A stretch of DNA of 64,000 bases, taken from positions 82,304-146,303 of the forward strand of contig CALEBF010000014.1 in assembly GCA_937944975.1 (NCBI GenBank), given 5' to 3'. Both the position numbers and the translations under genes were made by a program. The notes under the pieces were generated by a model. It did not search any database and had not been told where the DNA came from. It saw only the letters and a list, made by a program, of their open reading frames with translations. Of this stretch, positions 57,537-64,000 are shown piece after piece. Source of the DNA: an uncultured Mycoplasmatota bacterium (GTDB lineage: Bacteria > Bacillota_I > Bacilli_A > RF39 > UBA660). How positions within the stretch are numbered: position 1 is the stretch's first letter; every line of letters begins with the position of its first letter.

Positions 57537-57820
57537 TGGAAATAAAAGTTAAAAATGATGAAGTTCAAATCATAGAACGAGGAGAAGTGATCGGAAGACT
57601 ATGTTTTGAAGAGAAAGAAAAAACGATCATTGTGACCCATACATATGTCGATGAAGCTTATCGAGGCAAACATTTAGCGCAAAAATTGATGGAAGCTTTT
57701 ATATCTTATTTAGAACCACTTGGAAAACAGTGTATTCCAAGTTGTAGTTATGCGGCATATTGGTTTCAAAAGCATCCGGAAAAACAATATCTTGTGAATT
57801 CAAATTACGTAGAGCAATAG
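57533..57820 (+). CDS. Small GNAT-like acetyltransferase (YjdJ-like, about 95 aa)
   Basis: 'VTHTYVDEAYRGKHLAQKLMEAF' is the acetyl-CoA motif. Overlaps murE1's stop (ATGA). Confidence 0.5.
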   Translation: MMEIKVKNDEVQIIERGEVIGRLCFEEKEKTIIVTHTYVDEAYRGKHLAQKLMEAFISYLEPLGKQCIPSCSYAAYWFQKHPEKQYLVNSNYVEQ

Positions 57821-57887
57821 AGGAATCTATTGCTTTTTTTGAACCATTCGCCTAGGAGTTACATAGAATACACCGAGAGGTGATATT

Positions 57888-59240
57888 TTGAAATACAAAA
57901 CGGATTCTAGGAAGGTGGAAAAGGGAGATATCTTTGTTGCTCTTCGAGGAGTAAATCACGACGGCCATTCGTACATTGCAGATGCGATCGAAAAAGGAGC
58001 TACCAAAGTAGTAGCGGAAGAAGGATTATATCCAGTAGAGACATATATAGTAAAAGATACCCATGAATATTTGGTACAAACCCTAAAAAGAGAATATTAT
58101 GATGAAATTAAAGATTTAAAATTAATTGGAATTACAGGTACAAATGGGAAAACAACGAGTTGCTATCTCATTCATCAAGCATTGAATCGACTTGGTAGAA
58201 AGTGCGGATATATTGGTACGATTGGGTTTTATATAGATAAAAAAATATGTGATCTACCAAATACGACACCTGATATTTTAGATTTATACGACATGTTGTT
58301 GACATGTAAAAAAGAAGGCTGCGAATTTGTTGCGATGGAAGTAAGTAGCCATTCACTAGATATGAATAGAGTAGATGGTTTGTTATTTGATTATGCAGTA
58401 TTCACGAACTTGACGCAGGATCATTTGGATTATCATGGCAATATGAAAAATTACGCACTCGCAAAACAAAAGTTATTCCGAAAAATGAAAGAACAAGGGA
58501 CATGTTTTATCAACATAGATGATGACCATAGTTATCATTTTTTGCTTCCGGAAAATCGTAATGTTACATATGGTTTTCGCAATGGAGATTATCGAATTAC
58601 CAATATGACATATAGTTTAGGACACACTGATTTTGTCGTTTCTCACGAAGGGGAGAAAACGTATCAAATGAAATTAATTGGGAAGCATAATTTATATAAC
58701 ATGCTTGTCGTTATTATGCTATTAGAAGAGTTAGGAATCGAAGAAAGTGAAATAAGAAAGACGATTTCGTTACTAGAAGAGCCTCGAGGACGAATGGAAT
58801 GTGTGCGCTATCACGATGCGCTCGTTATTGTCGATTACGCACATACACCGGATGCTGTTTCGAATGCCATTCATGCAGTATTGGAAATTCCGCATGGGAA
58901 AATTTATACGATCGTCGGTTGTGGAGGCGATCGCGATCGAGCCAAACGGCCTGAGATGGCAAAGATTGCGACGAATTTATCTGACTATGCGATTTTTACA
59001 AGTGATAATCCGAGAAATGAAGATCCAGAACATATTTTAGATGATATGGAGCATGGACTTGACAATACAAACTACGAAAAGATTGTAAATAGAAAAGAAG
59101 CGATCAATAGGGGTATACAAATGTTACAAAAAAGTGATATACTGTTATTGCTTGGAAAAGGGCATGAAACTTATCAAGTTATAGGAAATAAAAAAATACA
59201 CTTTGATGATATGGAAGAAGTAAAAAAAATAATTAAATAG
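57888..59240 (+). CDS. murE: UDP-N-acetylmuramoyl-L-alanyl-D-glutamate--2,6-diaminopimelate ligase MurE paralog 2 (DNPR motif)
   Basis: TTG start after GAGAGGTGA. 'DSRKVEKGDIFVALRGVNHDGHSYIADAIEKGA'. 'GITGTNGKTT'. C-terminal 'FTSDNPRNEDP'. Confidence 0.8.
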   Translation: MKYKTDSRKVEKGDIFVALRGVNHDGHSYIADAIEKGATKVVAEEGLYPVETYIVKDTHEYLVQTLKREYYDEIKDLKLIGITGTNGKTTSCYLIHQALNRLGRKCGYIGTIGFYIDKKICDLPNTTPDILDLYDMLLTCKKEGCEFVAMEVSSHSLDMNRVDGLLFDYAVFTNLTQDHLDYHGNMKNYALAKQKLFRKMKEQGTCFINIDDDHSYHFLLPENRNVTYGFRNGDYRITNMTYSLGHTDFVVSHEGEKTYQMKLIGKHNLYNMLVVIMLLEELGIEESEIRKTISLLEEPRGRMECVRYHDALVIVDYAHTPDAVSNAIHAVLEIPHGKIYTIVGCGGDRDRAKRPEMAKIATNLSDYAIFTSDNPRNEDPEHILDDMEHGLDNTNYEKIVNRKEAINRGIQMLQKSDILLLLGKGHETYQVIGNKKIHFDDMEEVKKIIK

Positions 59241-59250
59241 AGGTGATATC

Positions 59251-60243
59251 GTGCTAATACTTGCAAAAGCGATACTGGCAATGATGATAGGATTTATCTT
59301 GTCGGTGATTATGGGATTAATTTTAATTCCTCTTTTAAAACGATTGAAAATAAAACAGAAAGTGAGTGTTTTCTTAAAGAAACGTCATCAAGAAAAAAAT
59401 GGAACACCGACAATGGGAGGACTTATTTTCATCATTCCGACGATTTTGACGGTCATTATCCTTTTGTTTATGAACAAGATCGAATTGACTGAAAATTTAT
59501 TTATCGTTATGTTTGTCTTTATTGCTTATGCATTATTAGGCTTTATCGATGATTATTTGAGTATTAAACGTGGCCATAACGAGGGACTAACAGAAATTCA
59601 AAAGCTGTTCGGTCAGCTGTTAATCGCACTGATTTTCTTTTATATTTTTATGAGAAGTGGATCTTCTCCAGTATTAGATATTCATACGCTTGGAATTAAA
59701 ATTAACATGGGGTGGTTCTATGGAATCTTCTTATTGTTTGTTTTAGTTGCCAGTAGTAATGCGGTAAATTTGACAGATGGCTTAGATGGTCTTGCAGGCG
59801 GATTATCGGCGATTGCTTTCTTAGCTTTCGCACTGATTAGTTGGAATTCTAAATATGTTGCTGGTAGCGAAGATATTGCTATTTTCTGTTTTATCTTAGT
59901 TGGTTCATTATTAGGATTTTTACTATTTAATACCCACCCGGCGAAAGTGTTTATGGGAGATACTGGTTCTCTAGCACTTGGTGGAACTCTTGCATCTGTT
60001 GCTATTATTACAAGCCATGAAATTACTTTAATTATTGTAGCAGGCGTATTTGTAGTAGAAACGCTCGCTTGTATTATTCAAATGATTTCTGTCCGTTATT
60101 TTCATCGTAAAGTGTTCTTGATGGCTCCACTTCACCACCATTTTGAAAAACTTGGTTGGGATGAAAGAGATGTTGTAAAAGTATTTTGGACAGTAGGACT
60201 TATGTTGAGTATGGCAGCGATAGCGTTTGGTGTTTGGATTTAG
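59251..60243 (+). CDS. mraY: Phospho-N-acetylmuramoyl-pentapeptide transferase
   Basis: GTG start after GAGGTGA. 10-TM profile. 'NAVNLTDGLDGLAGG' and 'MGDTGSLALGG' are MraY signature motifs. Confidence 0.9.
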   Translation: MLILAKAILAMMIGFILSVIMGLILIPLLKRLKIKQKVSVFLKKRHQEKNGTPTMGGLIFIIPTILTVIILLFMNKIELTENLFIVMFVFIAYALLGFIDDYLSIKRGHNEGLTEIQKLFGQLLIALIFFYIFMRSGSSPVLDIHTLGIKINMGWFYGIFLLFVLVASSNAVNLTDGLDGLAGGLSAIAFLAFALISWNSKYVAGSEDIAIFCFILVGSLLGFLLFNTHPAKVFMGDTGSLALGGTLASVAIITSHEITLIIVAGVFVVETLACIIQMISVRYFHRKVFLMAPLHHHFEKLGWDERDVVKVFWTVGLMLSMAAIAFGVWI

Positions 60244-60263
60244 ATGCGAAAGCATCTTTTTTC
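60241..60263 (+). terminator. Terminator after mraY
   Basis: GATGC-gaaa-GCATC followed by TTTTTTC. Confidence 0.6.
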
Positions 60264-60339
60264 TTTTGTAAATTGCTTTTCAAATAGTTTAAATTTTGAT
60301 ATAATCAAGATATATTAAGAAAAGATATGGGGGATGTTC

Positions 60340-60960
60340 ATGCAAAAAGAAGAAAATGAAGTATTAGAGGAAATTGAAATTATCGATGATTTTGATGATG
60401 AAATACCCGTAGAACCACAGAAAAAACAAAATGAAATAGAAGAAAAAAAAGATTTTGAAGGAACTTCGATCGAGGATCGCAAGGTAGAACCAGTTTCTGC
60501 AATGACACAGTTGCAAGAGGAATTACGTCGTGAAACACTTGCGACATACAAAGAGGAAGCGCATACAGCTCAAACTCTACATCAACCATTAGAAACCATG
60601 GTTGATAAACCAGAAGAGCCAAAGCTAAAAGCAGAAAGCATCGCTCCTATAGAAGAAACATCGAATGAGCCGAAAGAAGAAGTAAGGGCAATTTTTCCAG
60701 ACCAATCAGTTGTAGCAGAAACGCCTGATAAAGTATCGGAATCAGAACCGAAGATCGATGAGGAGTTAATTCATTCAAGCTTGGAAAATACAATGTTACT
60801 CAATAAAGAATTGTTAAAAGCGGCAGCAGCGGAGACGGTAAAAGAAACAAAGGATGAGTCGAAAGAAAACAAAAAAGGAATTATTTTTGTCATCATTATC
60901 TTTGGGTGTCTTATCATCTTTACGGCTTTGATTCCATTTATTTTAAAAATGTTCGAATAA
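60340..60960 (+). CDS. Hypothetical acidic protein with C-terminal TM anchor
   Basis: ATG 60340 after GGGGGA. Glu-rich body. C-terminal 'IIFVIIIFGCLIIFTALIPFIL'. Confidence 0.4.
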   Translation: MQKEENEVLEEIEIIDDFDDEIPVEPQKKQNEIEEKKDFEGTSIEDRKVEPVSAMTQLQEELRRETLATYKEEAHTAQTLHQPLETMVDKPEEPKLKAESIAPIEETSNEPKEEVRAIFPDQSVVAETPDKVSESEPKIDEELIHSSLENTMLLNKELLKAAAAETVKETKDESKENKKGIIFVIIIFGCLIIFTALIPFILKMFE

Positions 60961-60963
60961 AAA

Positions 60964-60992
60964 CTTGAATGGGAATTTCCATTCAAGTTTTT
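60964..60992. terminator. Bidirectional terminator between convergent genes
   Basis: CTTGAATGG-aaattt-CCATTCAAG, flanked by T/A runs on both sides. Confidence 0.6.
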
Positions 60993-61297
60993 TAGTAACT
61001 TATTTTTGATAGTTCTATAATTTGATCCATATCATCATCGTTTGCCATGATATTTTTGTGCTTTTGATGGCATCGTTCACATTCATAGATAATTTTATAA
61101 GTATGTTTAAACTTTTCGATTCCGATAGGTTTTAAAAGTCCCAAACATTGATTCGCACGATCTCCAGGCATAATATCTACATGTTTTGAAAACAGACAAT
61201 ATGGGCAGTGATCTCGTGCCGTATAGTTCAATTTAGGAACAGATTTTCCACAATGTTCACATATAAATGTTTCATCTTTCATGGTAAAATGTTTCAT
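60992..61297 (-). CDS. RNHCP-domain zinc-ribbon protein
   Basis: 'ARDHCPYCLFSKHVD' fits the RNHCP motif. Additional CxxC pairs ('CEHCG', 'CERCHQKH'). Confidence 0.5.
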   Translation of the reverse strand: MKHFTMKDETFICEHCGKSVPKLNYTARDHCPYCLFSKHVDIMPGDRANQCLGLLKPIGIEKFKHTYKIIYECERCHQKHKNIMANDDDMDQIIELSKISY

Positions 61298-61416
61298 AAG
61301 ATCACCTTTTCATAGTATAACATACATCGAATATTCTCTCAATATCGTGATACCTAAAAGAACCTAGATGATTGGAATCGAATATGATATAATAAGGTGT
61401 GAACGGATGTGAGAGT

Positions 61417-62142
61417 ATGGATTACAAGATAATGATTCACGAGTTTGAAGGACCATTGGATTTACTTCTTCATTTAATTAAGGAATCGGACATTGAAATA
61501 TTAGATATCTCCGTAGAGGAGATCACGAAACAGTATATGGATTATATTCACGCGATGGAAGAGTTAAATTTAAATATCGCAAGTGAATATTTAGTAATGG
61601 CAGCAGAATTATTAGAGATGAAGTCAAGAGAATTACTTCCTCGTAAGAAACAAGAATTAGAAGATGAATATGAAGAAGATCCGAAAGCTCGTCTCATAGA
61701 ACGTTTATTAGAGTATAAACGATATAAAGAGGTCACACCGGAACTAAAGGAGTTAGAGGAAAATAGAAAACAAGTTTATACAACAGAACCATTAGATTTA
61801 AAACAATTTCAACAGAGTGATAACGTTATGATTGACGATGTAAGTTTAGATGACTTACTTGTGGCTTTTCAAAAGTTTTTAGCTAGAAAAGAATTAGAAA
61901 AGCCACTTAGTACAAAAGTGACAAAACGTGAGTATTCTGTTAGTACCCGCAGTAGAGAAATTAAAAGCATTTTAAAAGAAAAAGGAAAAATATCGTTCGA
62001 TGAATTATTTGAAGTCTATACGAAAGATTATTTTGTTGTAACTTTTTTATCTATTTTAGATTTGGCTAAGAAGCAAGAATGTCAAATCAGACAAGATCAT
62101 AATTTTGAAAATATTGAAATTCTAGCAAAGGAGGGGAAATAA
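61417..62142 (+). CDS. scpA: Segregation and condensation protein A (kleisin)
   Basis: 'IHEFEGPLDLLLHLIKESDIEILDISVEEITKQYMDYI' is the canonical ScpA N-terminus. Confidence 0.8.
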   Translation: MDYKIMIHEFEGPLDLLLHLIKESDIEILDISVEEITKQYMDYIHAMEELNLNIASEYLVMAAELLEMKSRELLPRKKQELEDEYEEDPKARLIERLLEYKRYKEVTPELKELEENRKQVYTTEPLDLKQFQQSDNVMIDDVSLDDLLVAFQKFLARKELEKPLSTKVTKREYSVSTRSREIKSILKEKGKISFDELFEVYTKDYFVVTFLSILDLAKKQECQIRQDHNFENIEILAKEGK

Positions 62143-62143
62143 C

Positions 62144-62704
62144 GTGAATCAAAAAGCGCTATTGGAAGGTCTTCTTTTTGTGGTTGGAAGTGATGGAATC
62201 ACATTGAAACAAATTGCAGAAGTGTTAGAAATAAACGAAGCAAAAGCACTAGAACTTCTGAATCAATTAGAGGGTGATTATCAAGCAGAAACTCGTGGAA
62301 TTCATATCGCATTATTTGGGGATACGTTTAAATTAACGACGAAGAAAGAACATAAAGAGATATATCAGAAATTAGTAGAAGACATAGACCAGTCGTTTTT
62401 AAGTCAGGCGGCACTTGAAACATTGGCTATAATTGCTTATAACGAACCAGTTACTCGTATGCAAGTAGATGATATTCGCGGTGTAAGTAGCAGCCACATG
62501 ATCCGTAAATTATTAAATAAAAACTTAATTCAAGAAGTAGGAAAGTCAGATTTACCTGGACGACCAAATTTGTATGGAACGACGAAGCAGTTTTTAGATT
62601 ATTTTGGACTATCGAAGAAAGAAGATCTACCAAGATTAGATCCAGTGGAAGAAAAAAACGAGGAAACTGACTTATTCCAATCGAGATACAAAGAAGATAA
62701 ATAA
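62144..62704 (+). CDS. scpB: Segregation and condensation protein B
   Basis: 'LEGLLFVVGSDGITLKQIAEVLEI...ALETLAIIAYNEPVTRMQVDDIRGV' shows the ScpB winged-helix repeats. The start is 2 nt after scpA. Confidence 0.8.
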   Translation: MNQKALLEGLLFVVGSDGITLKQIAEVLEINEAKALELLNQLEGDYQAETRGIHIALFGDTFKLTTKKEHKEIYQKLVEDIDQSFLSQAALETLAIIAYNEPVTRMQVDDIRGVSSSHMIRKLLNKNLIQEVGKSDLPGRPNLYGTTKQFLDYFGLSKKEDLPRLDPVEEKNEETDLFQSRYKEDK

Positions 62705-62714
62705 AAGAAGCCCA

Positions 62715-63362
62715 TTAGAGCTTCTTTTGTTTTTCCAAAATATCTGATGTGATCATTTCAGTTGCTGCTTTAATAAATTGTTTTACTTGATCGAGATTGA
62801 AAACGTAATTTTTCTGTTGTTTTGAGTTTTGAATAATGACGCCCATTTTATCTACAAGAATTGAAAGTTGATCGATAGGAATTTCATTCATCTCAATTTC
62901 AGGAAGAGACAGTGGTTCGTAAAAAAGAGAAAGGTCCATGTGGTAAGCATCTAATAATTTAATATTGAGGTCGGTATAGTCATTATAAATATATTTGATT
63001 CCTTCTTCGCGCGATAAAGGAAGCGTTTCACCATTTAATAGTGTAATAGATTTCTCATGCTGAAATTCAGGAACAAAATATTTAAACCACAGGTAGTCAG
63101 TGTATAAATGAACATAATATCCTAAAATGAAAGGATGATCTAATTTCGATTGATACTTTTGTAAGAATCGATTTAAATTCGGCAGATCTTTTTGATTTGG
63201 CTCATCGATCATATCTATAAAATGAGAGCACTCTTTTGTTTGTCCAATTTGTTTACTAAGATCCGGTGCAATGGATCCTAATAAAAACTCCTTTTCCTTT
63301 TGATGGAGTGTCTTGTTGATTTCTTTTGCTATAGCAATGTGAATCATAGTACTTGCCATCAT
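62715..63362 (-). CDS. Hypothetical protein (possible zinc-dependent phospholipase C-like fold)
   Basis: 215 aa. N-terminal 'HIAIAKEI...GSIAPD' weakly resembles the PLC/P1-nuclease-like N-terminus. Confidence 0.35.
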   Translation of the reverse strand: MMASTMIHIAIAKEINKTLHQKEKEFLLGSIAPDLSKQIGQTKECSHFIDMIDEPNQKDLPNLNRFLQKYQSKLDHPFILGYYVHLYTDYLWFKYFVPEFQHEKSITLLNGETLPLSREEGIKYIYNDYTDLNIKLLDAYHMDLSLFYEPLSLPEIEMNEIPIDQLSILVDKMGVIIQNSKQQKNYVFNLDQVKQFIKAATEMITSDILEKQKKL

Positions 63363-63488
63363 ATCACCTCTATCTCATGATAACATAAAATTTTAAAGTC
63401 TTGCAATATCACGATGTTACCAGAAACATGAAATCATAAGAGTATATAAAAAATCGAACCATAAATGTTCGATTTTGGTATCAATCTG

Positions 63489-63575
63489 GTGCTCGTGGCC
63501 GGACTCGAACCGGCATGGTATTGCTACCAATGGATTTTGAGTCCATCGCGTCTACCAATTTCACCACACGAGCGG
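63489..63575 (-). tRNA. tRNA-Leu (anticodon CAA)
   Basis: Reverse complement gives GCTCGTGTGGTGAAATTGGTAGACGCGATGGACTCAAAATCCATTGGTAGCAATACCATGCCGGTTCGAGTCCGGCCACGAGCACCA. 7-bp acceptor stem, anticodon loop CU-CAA-AA, long variable arm, encoded CCA. Confidence 0.85.
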
Positions 63576-63685
63576 ATACATATCCATTATAACAAATATC
63601 ATAGTGAATTACAAGCTGTCATTTTTGATTTCTATCATATATAATGAAGGTAGAAGAATAGGGGTAGAAAATAGGAGTAAGTTGT

Positions 63686-64000
63686 ATGCAAAGACAAATC
63701 ATAACCATGAAAGCATTTATCATCAACGAGGAGAAAAACACGATATTCTTGATGAGAAGAAAATCTATTGGAGATTATTGTAGCAAGTGGGAAATTCCAA
63801 GTGGCAGTATGGAATTAGGCGAAACCACTACCAAGACATTTAAAGAGGAAGTAAAAAAAGAGTGTGGTTTAGATATCGAGGTGGGAAAACATATGACGCG
63901 GCCGTGGCAATGGGTTATTGACACTTCGGATGGAAATTTCGTCCATATGATTGCTGTAGGAAAGGTTTGTAGGGTAATCGGGAAAAAAGAACTTTGTCCA
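63686..64000 (+). CDS. NUDIX hydrolase (3' truncated by window edge)
   Basis: 'GSMELGETTTKTFKEEVKKECGL' is the Nudix box GX5EX7REUXEEXGU. Confidence 0.55.
   Translation, partial: MQRQIITMKAFIINEEKNTIFLMRRKSIGDYCSKWEIPSGSMELGETTTKTFKEEVKKECGLDIEVGKHMTRPWQWVIDTSDGNFVHMIAVGKVCRVIGKKELCP

Overview
The window looks like a 64 kb chromosomal segment from an AT-rich, endospore-forming low-GC Firmicute. Genes are densely packed and about 90% lie on the + strand, co-oriented with polC.

Gene content, in order:
(1) 1-11.7 kb: an ABC-transporter-dependent cell-wall glycan locus. It has GT2 and GT4 glycosyltransferases, an epimerase, a short Wzt/TagH-like ATPase with a Wzm/TagG-like permease, GtrA, and an Alg14/Alg13-like pair.
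(2) polC.
(3) A PdaC-like polysaccharide deacetylase lipoprotein on the - strand.
(4) An unusual array of three tandem, independently transcribed type IV pilin paralogs. Their N-termini are identical and their C-termini diverge. No pilus assembly genes lie nearby.
(5) Housekeeping genes: nfo, an Fe/Mn superoxide dismutase, a class B penicillin-binding protein, rpmG (absent from the ORF track), efp, a Ham1/RdgB-like pyrophosphatase, gmk, and infC-rpmI-rplT behind an L20-type leader/attenuator.
(6) Two uncharacterised genes (32.6-34.7 kb). They are followed by a perfect CIRCE/HrcA operator in front of a clpB that lacks the N-domain.
(7) yqeG-yqeH, followed by an orphan HerA-like (DUF87) ATPase.
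(8) A radical-SAM gene, a YfcC-family transporter and an Ord-like amine dehydrogenase.
(9) An M23 peptidase and a SpoVB-like flippase.
(10) A PadR/DUF1700 pair.
(11) A SpoIIAA-like protein immediately followed by a SigF-like sigma factor with no spoIIAB between them, then spoVAC/AD/AEb.
(12) Two tandem murE paralogs with different specificity motifs, mraY, scpA/scpB, tRNA-Leu(CAA), and a partial NUDIX gene.

I saw no CRISPR array, transposase or integrase.

Most noteworthy:
- The three-pilin array without assembly genes.
- The SpoIIAA-like/SigF pair lacking a kinase, where the SpoIIAA-like protein has no phosphorylatable serine.
- CIRCE placed before a clpB that lacks the N-domain.
- The orphan HerA-like ATPase.
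- The unknown two-gene operon at 32.6-34.7 kb.
- The murE duplication: one copy carries DNPR and the other DDPH.

None of these alone is clearly a complete novel system, and I did not find one.
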